Below are positions 28,461-39,149 of a stretch of DNA of 64,000 bases, piece after piece (position 1 is the first letter of the stretch; each line of letters begins with the position of its first letter). The position numbers and the translations under genes were made by a program. Origin of the DNA: an uncultured Gemmatimonadales bacterium (GTDB lineage Bacteria > Gemmatimonadota > Gemmatimonadetes > Gemmatimonadales > GWC2-71-9); assembly GCA_963828735.1 (NCBI GenBank), contig CAWHFW010000005.1, forward strand, positions 1,856,001 to 1,920,000. The letters run 5' to 3'. Under the pieces are notes generated by a model that saw nothing but the letters and a program-made list of their open reading frames with translations, was not told where the DNA came from and did not search any database.

Positions 28461-30218
28461 ATGCCGAGGGACATCTCGCCGGCGGCGCCGGCGTCGGAGT
28501 CGAGCACCGGCCAGCTCCGGCGGCTTCTGCGGCAGCAGGAGACCGTGCGGGAGGTGGTCGAGACCATCAGTGGTGAGCTGGAGCTGCAGCCGCTGCTGGA
28601 GAGTATCCTCCGTCACGCCTGCGAGTTGATCGGCGCGGAGCACGGCACCATCGGCCTGGTGGACTCGGAGCGCGATCTCATCGTGACCGCCGCCGGATAC
28701 CGGATGCCACCAGGCGAGGCCGGAGCCGAGATGCCGCGCGGCGTCGGGCTCGCGGGCATGGTGCTCGAGCGCGGCGAGCCGGTGGTGCTCGAGCGCTACG
28801 GCGACCTGGCGCACCCCACCCAGCCCGATTTCGCCAACCACTCCGTCATCGGCATGCCCATCCGGTGGGAAGGCCGGATGATCGGCTTCCTGGGCGTGGG
28901 CACCGGCACGGCCCGGCTCGGGAAGGAGGAGGCGGAGACGCTGGCGCTGTTCGCGCCGTCGGCGGCCATCGCGATCGCCAACGCGCAGCGCTACCAGGAC
29001 GAGCGCGACCGCGGCGACCGGATGGCCCTGGTGGCGCGCGTCGCCCGGCTGGTGACCGCCGATCTCCGCCTCGACGAGCTGCTGCAGCGGGCCGCAGACG
29101 CGGTCCACGAGTTGCTCGGCTTTCCCAACCTCGCCATCCCGCTGATCGACCCCGAGCAGCCCGCCATGCTGGTGCTCACCGTGAAAGGCGGCCACTACAA
29201 GCACCTCATCCCGGGAGAGTACCGCATCCCGATCACGCAGGGCCTGATGGGCGAGGCGGTGCGCACGCGGAGCATGGTGCTGGTGAACGATGTGACCGAC
29301 GATCCACGCTACCTGACGACGCCGGGCGGCTCGCCTGCGCGTGCCGAGCTCGCCGTGCCCATCCTGCTCGGTGACCGCGTGCTCGGCGTGGTGAACGTCG
29401 AGCGCGACGAGCCGTTCTGCGAGGAGGACGGGGCGATCGTGGGGATCATCGCCGACCAGCTCGCCGTGGCCATCGAGAACGCGCGCCTCTACGCCAGCGC
29501 GCAGCAGGTGGCGGTGCTCGAGGAGCGTCAGCGGCTCGCGCGGGAGCTGCACGACGCGGTGACGCAACATCTCTCGAGCCTCACGCTGATCGCGCAGACA
29601 CTGGGGCCGGCCTATGCGCGGAGCCGCGAGGAGGGCGAGGGGCGCGCGCGGCGGGTGGTCGAGCTGACCCAGGTGGCGCTGGACGAAATGCGGGTGCTGC
29701 TCGCCGAGCTGCGGCCGCGCAAGTGGCGGCGGAGCGGGAGCGCCAACGGCGGCCCCGGCGAGGACGCGCCGGCGGGCTCGGCGCGGGCGCGGCTCCGGCA
29801 TCACGGGCTCGCCGAGGCGCTGGGGCTGCTTGCGGCCGACGTCTCGCGCGACGGGCTGCCGGTGGACGCGGACGTGTCGGGCTACCATCCACGGCCGCTC
29901 GCGGAGGAAGAGGCGCTCTACCGGATCGCGCAGGAGGGACTGAACAACGTGGTCAAGCACGCGGGGGCGTCGCGGGCGCGGCTCCGGCTCGCAACCGACG
30001 GAGGGGCGACAGTGCTGAGCATCGCGGATGACGGCGGCGGTTTTACCACATCGATCGAGCGCACCGGCGAGCACGCGGTGCAGATGGGCGGCCTGGGCCT
30101 GCTCACCATGCGCGAGCGCGCGACGGCGATCGGCGGGACGATCCGCATCGACTCGTCCGCGGCCGAAGGGACGTCCATCGAGGTCGTCGTGCCGCTCGAC
30201 GCGGAGCCCAGGCCATGA
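28461..30218 (+). CDS. Cytoplasmic dual-GAF sensor histidine kinase (HisKA_3)
   Basis: Two GAF-like units; motifs ERQRLARELHD, QEGLNNVVKHA, DDGGGF and GLGL. Confidence 0.92.
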   Translation: MPRDISPAAPASESSTGQLRRLLRQQETVREVVETISGELELQPLLESILRHACELIGAEHGTIGLVDSERDLIVTAAGYRMPPGEAGAEMPRGVGLAGMVLERGEPVVLERYGDLAHPTQPDFANHSVIGMPIRWEGRMIGFLGVGTGTARLGKEEAETLALFAPSAAIAIANAQRYQDERDRGDRMALVARVARLVTADLRLDELLQRAADAVHELLGFPNLAIPLIDPEQPAMLVLTVKGGHYKHLIPGEYRIPITQGLMGEAVRTRSMVLVNDVTDDPRYLTTPGGSPARAELAVPILLGDRVLGVVNVERDEPFCEEDGAIVGIIADQLAVAIENARLYASAQQVAVLEERQRLARELHDAVTQHLSSLTLIAQTLGPAYARSREEGEGRARRVVELTQVALDEMRVLLAELRPRKWRRSGSANGGPGEDAPAGSARARLRHHGLAEALGLLAADVSRDGLPVDADVSGYHPRPLAEEEALYRIAQEGLNNVVKHAGASRARLRLATDGGATVLSIADDGGGFTTSIERTGEHAVQMGGLGLLTMRERATAIGGTIRIDSSAAEGTSIEVVVPLDAEPRP

Positions 30219-30889
30219 CGACCGATCGGGGCGAGCGGCATCGCGGCACAGTGCGGGTGCTCATCGCGGATGATCACCAGGTGGTGCGCGAGGGGCTGCG
30301 CATGATTCTGTCCGAGGAGCGCGAGACGATCGAGATCGTGGGCGAGGCGGCCGACGGGCACGAGGCAGTGCGACTCGCCGAGCGGCTCCAGCCGGACGTG
30401 GTGTTGATGGACTTGCTCATGCCCGGACTCGACGGCGTCGCGGCCACCCAGCGGCTTCGCGCCGGCGGGAAGGGACCGCGCGTCCTCATCTTCACGACCT
30501 ACGCCGACGACGAGCGGGTGCGCGACGCGATCCGCGCGGGGGCGACGGGATACCTGCTCAAGGACGTGCTCCGCACGCAGCTCGTTCAGGCGATCCATGC
30601 CGCCGCGCTCGGCGTGCCGACCCTCGATCCGCGGGCGCAGCAGCATCTCATGCGGCAGGTGTCGGCGCCGCCGACGCCGTCACCGTTCGCGGGGCTCACA
30701 CCGCGGGAGCTCGACGTGCTGCGCCTCGTGGCGCGGGGCATGGGGAACAAGCAGATCGCCGCGGCGCTCAACCTGAGCGTGGGCACCGTGAAAGGCTACG
30801 TGAGCGCGATCCTGCCGAAAATCAACGCGGGCGACCGGACGCAGGCGGCGCTGTTCGCGGTGAAGCACGGGTTGGAGGGCGGGGCGTAG
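30215..30889 (+). CDS. NarL/FixJ family response regulator
   Basis: Motifs ADDHQVVREG, DVVLMD, GYLLK and LTPRELDVL; ATGA overlap with the kinase. Confidence 0.95.
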   Translation: MTTDRGERHRGTVRVLIADDHQVVREGLRMILSEERETIEIVGEAADGHEAVRLAERLQPDVVLMDLLMPGLDGVAATQRLRAGGKGPRVLIFTTYADDERVRDAIRAGATGYLLKDVLRTQLVQAIHAAALGVPTLDPRAQQHLMRQVSAPPTPSPFAGLTPRELDVLRLVARGMGNKQIAAALNLSVGTVKGYVSAILPKINAGDRTQAALFAVKHGLEGGA

Positions 30890-30890
30890 C

Positions 30891-32570
30891 GTGACCGACC
30901 TGGGCCTCACGTCCGACACCACCAGCCCGACCGATGCACTCGCCCGCGCCCGCGCCGCGTACGCCGAGGGCGCCTGGACCGATGCCTTCGAACGTCTCGC
31001 CGCCGCCGACCGCGCATCCCCGCTCGACCCCGCCGATCTCGAGCAGCTTGCCACCGCCGCGCGGCTCATCGGCAAAGATGCCGAAAGCGGCGACCTCTGG
31101 GCCCGCGCGCACCAGCAGTACCTCGCCCGCGGGGACGACGCCCGCGCCGCGCGCTGCGCCTTCTGGCTGGCGATCCGCCTCCTGTTCGACAACGAGCCCG
31201 CGCGCGCCGGTGGCTGGATCGCGCGCGGACGGCGACTGCTCGACGACGGCCGGCGGGACTGCGTCGAGCTGGGATACATGCTGCTGCCCGCCGGCCTCCG
31301 GGCCGGTCTCGAGGGTCACCGGGAGACGAGCCAGGGGATCTTCGAGCAGATCGTCGCGATCGGCGAGCGCTTCGGCGACCGCGACCTCGTCACCTTCGGC
31401 CGGCTCGGCCTGGGCCGCGCGCTGATCGCGCTCGGCGAGGTCGCTCGCGGGGCCACGCTGCTCGACGAAGCGATGGTCGCCGTGACCGCTGGTGACGTGT
31501 CGCCGGTCTTCGTCGGCGACATGTACTGCGGGGTGATCGACGCGTGCCACGAGATCTTCGACCTGCGGCGGGCGCAGGAATGGACGGCGGCGCTGGCGCA
31601 CTGGTGCGAGTCGCAGCCGGATCTCGCGCCGTACCGCGGCCACTGCATGATCCGCCGCTCCGAGATCATGCAGGTGCACGGGGCATGGCCCGACGCACTC
31701 GACGAGGCCGAGCGCGCCCGCGAGCGGCTCTCGCGTCCCCCTGCAGGGCGCGGCACGGGGCAGGCGTACTACGCGCTCGGCGAGCTCCACCGTCTCCGCG
31801 GCGAGCTCGAGTCGGCTGAGGAGTGCTACCAGGAGGGCAATCGGTACGGGCGCAGTCCGCATCCTGGGCTCGCGCTGCTGCGGCTGGCACAGGGCAGGGT
31901 GGGGGCCGCGGCATCGGCGATGCGGCGCGTGTTCGAGGAGGCCGCGGACCGGCGGAGCCGCTCGCGAGCGCTTGGCCCCCATGTCGAGGTCATGCTCGCC
32001 GCGGGCGACGTGGCGGCCGCACGGGCCGCCGCGGAGGAGCTGGCCGCGATCGCCGAGACGCTCGGCGCGCCGCTGCTCCGGGCCGAGGCGGCGCAGGCGC
32101 TGGGCGCCGTGCTCCTCGCCGAAGGCGAACCGCGCGCCGCGCTCGATGCCTTGCGCGAGGCCAGCGCGGGCTGGCGGCAGCTCGACGTCCCCTACGAGGC
32201 CGCACGGGCGCGGGTGCTCGCCGGCCTGGCCCATCGTGCGCTGGGCGACGAGGACACCGCCGCGATGGAGCTCGACGCCGCGCGCTATGCCTTCGGCGAG
32301 CTCGGCGCCGCCCACGACCTGCGCCGGGTCGAGGCGCTGGGCCGTCGGGCCGGGGAGTCGGCGCCCGGCAACCTCACGGTTCGCGAGATCGAGGTGCTCC
32401 GTCTCGTGGCCACCGGCCGGACCAACCGGGCGGTCGCGGAACGGCTCGGCATCAGCGAGAAGACGGTCGCTCGGCACATGAGTAACATCTTCACCAAGTT
32501 GGGCTTACCCACCAGGGCGGCGGCCACGGCCTATGCCTACGAGCACGACCTCCTGTCGCGGCCGTCCTAG
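30891..32570 (+). CDS. LuxR-family regulator with TPR-like N-terminus
   Basis: C-terminal LTVREIEVLRLVATGRTN..A..L.ISEKTV..H..NIF.KL. Confidence 0.9.
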   Translation: MTDLGLTSDTTSPTDALARARAAYAEGAWTDAFERLAAADRASPLDPADLEQLATAARLIGKDAESGDLWARAHQQYLARGDDARAARCAFWLAIRLLFDNEPARAGGWIARGRRLLDDGRRDCVELGYMLLPAGLRAGLEGHRETSQGIFEQIVAIGERFGDRDLVTFGRLGLGRALIALGEVARGATLLDEAMVAVTAGDVSPVFVGDMYCGVIDACHEIFDLRRAQEWTAALAHWCESQPDLAPYRGHCMIRRSEIMQVHGAWPDALDEAERARERLSRPPAGRGTGQAYYALGELHRLRGELESAEECYQEGNRYGRSPHPGLALLRLAQGRVGAAASAMRRVFEEAADRRSRSRALGPHVEVMLAAGDVAAARAAAEELAAIAETLGAPLLRAEAAQALGAVLLAEGEPRAALDALREASAGWRQLDVPYEAARARVLAGLAHRALGDEDTAAMELDAARYAFGELGAAHDLRRVEALGRRAGESAPGNLTVREIEVLRLVATGRTNRAVAERLGISEKTVARHMSNIFTKLGLPTRAAATAYAYEHDLLSRPS

Positions 32571-32724
32571 CCCCTGGCTCTCCCCGGGTCTACATAAAAT
32601 GACCCATGTCCGGCACTCGTCGGTTGGTGGGCATTCCGACCGAAGCAGGGAGGCGCGTCCGTGCGTACATATGGTGGCAGGCGACGACAGGGTCGCCGGA
32701 CAAACCCACGGAGGACGTAGCATC

Positions 32725-33849
32725 ATGCGCGAGATCGAAGCGATCGACACCGTCGTGATCGGCGGCGGCCAGGCGGGGCTGTCGGTGGGATACCATCTCT
32801 CCCGTCGCGGCGTCCCGTTCGTGATTCTGGAGGCCAACCAGCGGGTGGGCGACAGCTGGCGGCAGCGATGGGACTCGCTGCGCCTGTTCACGCCGGCCAA
32901 GTTCGACGGGCTCAACGGGATGCCGTTCCCCGCGGCGCCGAACTCGTTCCCGACCAAGGACGACATGGCCGACTACCTCGAGGCCTATGCACGGCGGTTC
33001 TCGCTGCCGTTGCGGACGGGCGTACGGGTGGACCGGATCTCGAAGGCGGACGGTCGGCTGATCGTGAGCGTCGGGCCCCGGCGGATCAAAGCCCGCAACG
33101 TCGTGGTGGCGATGGCCGACTTTCAGCGGCCGCGCCTTCCCGCGTTCGCGCACGAGCTCGATCGCGGCATAGTCCAGTTCCACTCCAGCGTGTACCGCAG
33201 CCCCGCGCAGCTCCGGCCCGGCGGCGTGCTACTCGTGGGTCTGGGGAACTCGGGAGCGGAGATCGCGCGCGACGTCGCCCGGGCCGGGCACGAGACGTAC
33301 GTCTCCGGGACGCCCGCCGGCGAGCTCCCGTTCCGGCTCGACAGCCTGCCAGCCCGCCTCGTACTCGCGCGGCTCCTGTTCCGCGTGGTGTTCTACCGCG
33401 TGCTGAGGCTCGACACCGCCTTGGGGCGGAAGGCACATCACCGGACGGCGGGGCGCGCAACGCCGCTCATCCGCGTGATGTCGCGCGACCTGGACGCCGA
33501 CGGGGTCCTGCGCGTGCCGCGCACGGTGGGTGCGCGCGACGGACGCCCGCTCCTCGACGACGGCCGCACGCTCGGTGTGACCAATGTGATCTGGTGCACC
33601 GGATATGAGCCCGGCTTCTCGTGGATCGACCTGCCGGTGTTCGACGAGCGCGGCATGCCGGTGCATACGCGGGGGATCACCTGTGCCGAGCCGGGGTTGA
33701 GCTTCGTGGGGCTGCACTTCCTGTACGCGATGTCGTCGTCGATGATCCACGGCGTGGGACGCGACGCCGAGTACGTGGCGGAGCGGATCCTGGAGCGGGG
33801 CGATGCGACCGCGAAGGTGAGCGACGAACCGGTGGAGGCGGTCGCGTAG
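32725..33849 (+). CDS. Flavin-containing monooxygenase-like FAD/NAD(P)-binding oxidoreductase
   Basis: Motifs GGGQAG, W..RWDSLRLFTP, HSS.Y, G.GNSG and WCTGY. Confidence 0.88.
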   Translation: MREIEAIDTVVIGGGQAGLSVGYHLSRRGVPFVILEANQRVGDSWRQRWDSLRLFTPAKFDGLNGMPFPAAPNSFPTKDDMADYLEAYARRFSLPLRTGVRVDRISKADGRLIVSVGPRRIKARNVVVAMADFQRPRLPAFAHELDRGIVQFHSSVYRSPAQLRPGGVLLVGLGNSGAEIARDVARAGHETYVSGTPAGELPFRLDSLPARLVLARLLFRVVFYRVLRLDTALGRKAHHRTAGRATPLIRVMSRDLDADGVLRVPRTVGARDGRPLLDDGRTLGVTNVIWCTGYEPGFSWIDLPVFDERGMPVHTRGITCAEPGLSFVGLHFLYAMSSSMIHGVGRDAEYVAERILERGDATAKVSDEPVEAVA

Positions 33850-33876
33850 CGGAGCCCGGCACCGTCAGGCGTGAAT

Positions 33877-33910
33877 GAAACGAAGGGCCCGTTTGCGGGC
33901 CCTTCGCTTC
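33877..33910. terminator. Intrinsic terminator hairpin between convergent genes
   Basis: CGAAGGGCCCG-TTTG-CGGGCCCTTCG, followed by TTTCATT on the minus strand. Confidence 0.7.
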
Positions 33911-33963
33911 GTCAGCAGTCATGCCTGCGCGACCGCCCCCAGTTCACTCGGTTGCAACCTCTC

Positions 33964-34188
33964 CTACCCGACGTACCCGCGCACTTCCCTCCCCATGTCC
34001 AGATCCGACCCGCACAACGGGCAGCACGGCACCGTCGCCGCAATACGCCAGGTCCCACCGTAGCCCAGCCGGCCGACCCACCAGACCGCCTCCTCGCTCG
34101 GATCGCGCCGCACGCGCAGCGCGGAGGTCGAGCACCTCGGGCTCGGACACCGCCGAAGCTCCCACCCGCCGCTGTTGGACACCCCCAT
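33964..34188 (-). CDS. Small putative zinc-finger protein (CPSPRC...CPLCG), 74 aa
   Basis: GGGAGG RBS, two Cys knuckles and a downstream terminator. Confidence 0.55.
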   Translation of the reverse strand: MGVSNSGGWELRRCPSPRCSTSALRVRRDPSEEAVWWVGRLGYGGTWRIAATVPCCPLCGSDLDMGREVRGYVG

Positions 34189-34334
34189 GACACCCTCCCG
34201 CTAAGCATGGTCGAGGTTCGTGACGGGCGTGAATATGGGGTGCGGCCAAGCGGGCGACATCAGGCGCGCGTTGGGTTCTCCTGCCGACGATCGATGGGGT
34301 GGAACCCGGACCAAAGGCAGAGGCGCGGGGCGGC

Positions 34335-36950
34335 TCACCGATGCCCGAGGAGCGCCTCGAACCCCGGATCGGTGCGGAGCGGATCGAGCGTACGGTCGAT
34401 GCCGTACCAGGCCCGCGACTGTTGCGCCGGATGCATCAGGATGGACTGGAGCCGCGCGATCGCGGATGCCCGGTCGCCCGCCAGTACGTCGACGCGGGCG
34501 CGCACCCATGCGATGTACGGCGTCTGCAGCCCCGAGCCGAGCGGCTGCAGGGTCCCGGCCTGGTCGCCGGCCTCGCGCGCCTCGCGCATCCGGCCCGCCA
34601 GGGCGAGCGCGAGCGCCCGCGTCACGACGATCTGTCCCCGGTCCCGCCGATCGCCCCAGCGCGCGAGCATCGCGTCGTACGCGGTGACCGCGCTGTCCGC
34701 GTACGCGCGGGACCGCGCCGAGTCACCGAGGAAACGATGCGCCTCCGAGAGGGCGAGCGCCCAGTCAGCACGACCGCCGTCCAGATCGTCGGGGGTGAGC
34801 GTCGTGACGGTGTGGAGCTGGTCGTCCTCGAGCGCCCAGATCAGGTCCTCGCGCAGCGCCACGTAGGCGGCCAGCGCTCGCGGCCCCGCTGTCTGCTCCA
34901 GCTCGCGGAACACGCGGTGGACGCCGGCGAGGTCTCCCTCGGCGGCGGCGACGCGCGCGCGGCTGTAGCCCAGGCTCATGCTGGCGGGCCGCAGGGCTCG
35001 CGCGCGGTCCACCTCGCGGCGCGCGACGTCGTAGCGATGGAGGCGCAGATACGCGACGCCGAGCCAGGAGGCGGCGTCGGGCGAGCGGGGATCGACGCGG
35101 GTCGCGTGCTCCAGGTCCGCCACCGCCTCCGGCCAGCGCTCGAGCTCCATCTCCACCGTGCCCGCGGACGTGAGCAGGTCGCTCCGGTGCGGCTGCACGC
35201 GGAGCGCCTCCCGGTAGTCACGGAGCGCCTCGGCGAAGTTGCCCTCGACCACGAGGTGATAGCGGCCGCTCGCGCCGCGCACGTCGGGCGAGGTCGGCGC
35301 GAGCGCCTCGGCGCGGCGTAGCGAGGCACGGGCCGAGTCGGCGTCGTTCACCATGAGGCCGCCGAGGCGAAACACGTCCATCTGCGCCTGCGCGAGGTCG
35401 GCCCAGGCGGCGACGAACCCCGTGTCGAGCCGCACCGCCTCACGGAGCTCGACGATGGCGGCGCGAAGGACGTCCGGCGTGTACTCGCCCGTGCGCATCT
35501 CGCGGCTCCGGAGATAGCGCGCGTAGGCGTCGAGGTTGCGCGTGGGCACGGCGCTCAGCTGCGCGCGCGCGCTGTCGGTGAGCGCCAGGTGCAGCGCGCC
35601 CGCGACCTGGCTCGCGATGTCGGACTGGACCGCGAAGACGTCGGTGAACGCGGCGTCGAACGGGTGCGCCCAGCGGGTGATGCCGGTGCTCGCGTCGATC
35701 AGCTCGGGGCTCACCCGCACGCGGCTCCGCTTGGGGCCTCTCTCCCACCGTACGGTGCCGGTGAGGAGATACGGCACGCCAAGCTCCGCGGCGATGACCT
35801 TGGGCGACTTGGCGCTCCCGAGGTACTGGCTGGAGCTTCCACGGGCGATGACCTCGAGGCCCGGCAGCCCCGCGAGCTTGCTGCGGATCTCGTCGGCCAT
35901 CCCCTCGGCGAAGTACGCGTCGGCGCTGTCGCCAAGGTTCTCGAACGCGAGCACCGCGAGCCGCGCGGGCGATGCCGCCTGCGCCGGCGACGCGAGCGGC
36001 GGAGCGGCGACGGTGGTATGCGTGTGTGCCTGCCGAAGCGCCAGCACGACCGCCAGGGCGGTCGACACGGTGGCCACCGCGATCCACGCCCAGGGCGGCA
36101 CCCGCCGCCGCCGCGGCGCGGCCGCGGTGTCGGTCAGCGCACGGGAGAAGTCCGTCATGGACGGAAAGCGATCGTCGGGCTCGAGCGAGAGCGCGCGCTC
36201 GAGGGCGAGCTCGGTCGCGAGCGGGGCCTCCGGACGCACGCTCCGAACCGGTGGAGGCACCTCGGTCACCCGCTGCGCGATGACCTCGTGCACGGTGGGG
36301 GCGGCGTGCGGCGGCCGCCCCGTCAGCATCTCGTAGCAGACGGCGGCGAGCGCCCACTGGTCCACGCGCGGGTCCACCGGCTGGGCCATCGCCTGCTCGG
36401 GCGCCATGTACATCGGTGTGCCGATGCCGTGGCCGTCCTCGGTGAGGTGCTCGCCCGAGTGGGCGCCGAGTTGGACCGCGATGCCGAAGTCCGCGAGGAT
36501 CGGGCTCCCGTCCTCGGTGAGCAGGATGTTCTCGGGCTTGATGTCGCGGTGGACCACACCCGCGCGATGCGCGTAGGCGAGCGCGTCCGAGCTCTCGCGC
36601 GTGATGCGGAGCGCGTCGGCGATGCTCAATCGCCCCTCGCGGCGGAGCCGCTCGCGCAGCGACTCGCCGGGGATGTACGGCATCGTGTACCAGAGCTGTC
36701 CGTCGGCCTCGCCGGAGTCGTAGACCGAGCAGATGCTCTGATGCTGCAGCCGCGCGGCGGTCGTGATCTCGCGGCGAAAGCGCTCGGTGTCGAGCGCCGC
36801 GGTGACGTCGCGGCGCAGCAGCTTGAAGGCGACGGGGCGGTCGTAGCGGGTGTCGCGGGCCAGATAGACCGTAGCCATGCCGCCGCGCCCCAGCTCACGC
36901 TCGAGCTGGTAGCGTCCGCCAAGGGCGAGGGTCGGCACCGGTCGGGTCAC
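34335..36950 (-). CDS. Ser/Thr kinase with TM, TolB_N-like and TPR domains
   Basis: Motifs GRGGMA, HRDIKPEN and DFG; LAVLAFENLG..YFAEGMADEI; TPR helices. Confidence 0.93.
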   Translation of the reverse strand: MTRPVPTLALGGRYQLERELGRGGMATVYLARDTRYDRPVAFKLLRRDVTAALDTERFRREITTAARLQHQSICSVYDSGEADGQLWYTMPYIPGESLRERLRREGRLSIADALRITRESSDALAYAHRAGVVHRDIKPENILLTEDGSPILADFGIAVQLGAHSGEHLTEDGHGIGTPMYMAPEQAMAQPVDPRVDQWALAAVCYEMLTGRPPHAAPTVHEVIAQRVTEVPPPVRSVRPEAPLATELALERALSLEPDDRFPSMTDFSRALTDTAAAPRRRRVPPWAWIAVATVSTALAVVLALRQAHTHTTVAAPPLASPAQAASPARLAVLAFENLGDSADAYFAEGMADEIRSKLAGLPGLEVIARGSSSQYLGSAKSPKVIAAELGVPYLLTGTVRWERGPKRSRVRVSPELIDASTGITRWAHPFDAAFTDVFAVQSDIASQVAGALHLALTDSARAQLSAVPTRNLDAYARYLRSREMRTGEYTPDVLRAAIVELREAVRLDTGFVAAWADLAQAQMDVFRLGGLMVNDADSARASLRRAEALAPTSPDVRGASGRYHLVVEGNFAEALRDYREALRVQPHRSDLLTSAGTVEMELERWPEAVADLEHATRVDPRSPDAASWLGVAYLRLHRYDVARREVDRARALRPASMSLGYSRARVAAAEGDLAGVHRVFRELEQTAGPRALAAYVALREDLIWALEDDQLHTVTTLTPDDLDGGRADWALALSEAHRFLGDSARSRAYADSAVTAYDAMLARWGDRRDRGQIVVTRALALALAGRMREAREAGDQAGTLQPLGSGLQTPYIAWVRARVDVLAGDRASAIARLQSILMHPAQQSRAWYGIDRTLDPLRTDPGFEALLGHR

Positions 36951-37049
36951 TTCACGTCGCGGGTGTGGGGGCGGGGAAATTTGACGGGGCGTGGCCGGGG
37001 GCGCTACTGGGCTGGCAAGGAAAGGGCGAGCGTGGGAGGCGGCGCGTCG

Positions 37050-39149
37050 TCAGGGCGATGCGCCTCCTCCGCCGATCACCTCGACGTGCGCGATCCGATC
37101 CCCCTCGAGGATCCGCTCCGCCGCGGCCTGCCCGCCGTCGATCCGCCCGAAGATCGTGTACTCGTGGTCGAGCAGCGGATTGTCGACCAGGTTGATGAAC
37201 CACTGCCCATCGCCGGTATCCCGTCCCCGCGCGGAGATGCCGAGCGTGCCGCGCGCGTGCGTGCGCATGGTGAGCTCGTCGCGCATGAACGCGTCGTCCC
37301 CTACGTACTCGTTGGCGTCCGGCCCGCCACCCTGGATCACGAAGTTGGGCTCGACCCGCTGAAACACCTTCCCGTCGTACCATCCCGCCCGGACCAGCCT
37401 GAGGACCCGAGCCACCGTGGCCGGCGCCTCTCTCGGAAACAATCGCACGGTGAACGTCCCGCCGCCGCTCGACGTGGCCATCGTGACGCGGAGCCGCGTC
37501 GCCTCGTCGAGAAAGACCGCCGCCAGCGGCTCGGGTCGAATCGGGAGCGGTGACGGGTGAGGCTGGACGGTCGAGCCCTTCCACCGGCCGATCGTCTCGG
37601 CGGTGAGACTGGCGACCGCGGTGTCGTAGTCGGCGAGATAGGGTTGGAGGCGCGGCGCCGTCGCGCTGGTACCGAGTGAGCCGATACGGGCCAGCATGGA
37701 GAGCCGGGGGTCCCGGGCGTTCTCGCTGCGGGTGGCGCTCAGCCGATCGAACGCCGCCAGCAAGGCGTCGAGGGCGCCGGGCGTCGTCGTGCTGTCGAGC
37801 GCCTCGGAGGCGGCGAGCGCCACCTGATGGCCGCTCGAGCCGAGCGCACGGAGGTAGACGCTATCGGCGTCGTGGCCGACCGTAGTGGCGAGCCCGACGA
37901 TCGCCGCCTCCTGCACGTTCCGGTCGGGGTCGTGCGCGAGGCGATACAGCACGGGGCCGACGCGGGCCGCGGCGGCGGCTCGTGCCGCGTACACCCGGCC
38001 CTCGGCCCGGTCGCTTCCGGCGAAGCGCGGCAGCAGGCGAGCCGCCTTCGCGGTGTCGAGCCGCGCGAGCGCCAGGAGTGCATGCGCGCCCGCCTGCCAA
38101 CCATGGTCGGGCGGGCCCGCGGCCGAGCTCGCGGACGCGAGACGCTCGAGCGTGGTCGCGGCCGCGGCGGAGTCCGCGCACCCGCCGGCGAGCGAGTCGA
38201 TTGCGGCGAGCACGACGTACAGCTCTCGGTCGCGGGTCAGCGCGAGCATCGGGCCGCAGGCGGGCGGCCCATCGCCCAGGCGCGCGGTCGCGGCGACTTC
38301 GGTGCGGACGATCGTGCTCGGGTCGTGGAGCGCCCGCGCGATGAGCTGGGTGCGGAGCGTCGCCGAGAGCGTCCCGGCCCCGCGAAGCGTCATTCGGCGG
38401 GCCTCGTCATCCCGGTCGCGCGCGGCGCGAACCGCGGTGGCGCTATCGAGTCCGCCGGCCGCGGCGAGGGTGAGGAGCGACAGGCGCCGAACGGTGGTGT
38501 CGGGCGATGCGACCGCCGACGCGCGGAGCAGCGCGACCGTGGCGGAATCGAGCGTCCCGGTCGCTCGCCGCCCACGCGCGAGCGTGTAGAGCCCGTGGGC
38601 GAGGCCCGGCGTGCGCTGCGCCGAGAACCGCGCGCGAATGGCGGCCTCGGCGGCGCGCGCCGAGGCCGTATCGGGAAGCGGCAGGCGGCCGAGCGACTGG
38701 CCGAGGGCATCGGTGACGGCGGGATCGCGCTCGGCGTCGAGCGCGCCCGCGAGGGCGCTGGCGGCCTCACGCGTGCCAAGCACCGCGGTGTCGGTGGGCG
38801 TTGGATCGGTGCGGCGCGTGCGACGGAGCGACTGCGCGACGGCGTTCGCCGCCTCGGCGCGCACCGCGGGCGCCGGATCCCGCAGCAGAGGCACGAGCAT
38901 CCGGCCCAGCTCGGGGCGCTGGAACCGTCCGAGCCCACGGACCGACAGCCGGCGGAGCAGGGTGTCCGTCCCCTGGAGGGCGTCGAGCAGGGGCGCGAGC
39001 CCGTCGTGCCCCGTGCCGCGCGCGTCCTCGGCGACGAGCAGGCGCTGAAGGGCCGCCGTATCGGCGACGGCGCGGGCCTGGGCCGCGAGGACGTGGGGCC
39101 GCCACACCGCGAGGACGCACAGGCCGAGCAGCAGACTGCGTGGGCGCAT
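37050..39149 (-). CDS. Exported HEAT-repeat protein with C-terminal cyclophilin-type PPIase
   Basis: Signal peptide and HEAT units; motifs YDGKVFQRVEPNFVIQGG, DTGDGQWFIN and YTIFG. Confidence 0.9.
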   Translation of the reverse strand: MRPRSLLLGLCVLAVWRPHVLAAQARAVADTAALQRLLVAEDARGTGHDGLAPLLDALQGTDTLLRRLSVRGLGRFQRPELGRMLVPLLRDPAPAVRAEAANAVAQSLRRTRRTDPTPTDTAVLGTREAASALAGALDAERDPAVTDALGQSLGRLPLPDTASARAAEAAIRARFSAQRTPGLAHGLYTLARGRRATGTLDSATVALLRASAVASPDTTVRRLSLLTLAAAGGLDSATAVRAARDRDDEARRMTLRGAGTLSATLRTQLIARALHDPSTIVRTEVAATARLGDGPPACGPMLALTRDRELYVVLAAIDSLAGGCADSAAAATTLERLASASSAAGPPDHGWQAGAHALLALARLDTAKAARLLPRFAGSDRAEGRVYAARAAAAARVGPVLYRLAHDPDRNVQEAAIVGLATTVGHDADSVYLRALGSSGHQVALAASEALDSTTTPGALDALLAAFDRLSATRSENARDPRLSMLARIGSLGTSATAPRLQPYLADYDTAVASLTAETIGRWKGSTVQPHPSPLPIRPEPLAAVFLDEATRLRVTMATSSGGGTFTVRLFPREAPATVARVLRLVRAGWYDGKVFQRVEPNFVIQGGGPDANEYVGDDAFMRDELTMRTHARGTLGISARGRDTGDGQWFINLVDNPLLDHEYTIFGRIDGGQAAAERILEGDRIAHVEVIGGGGASP

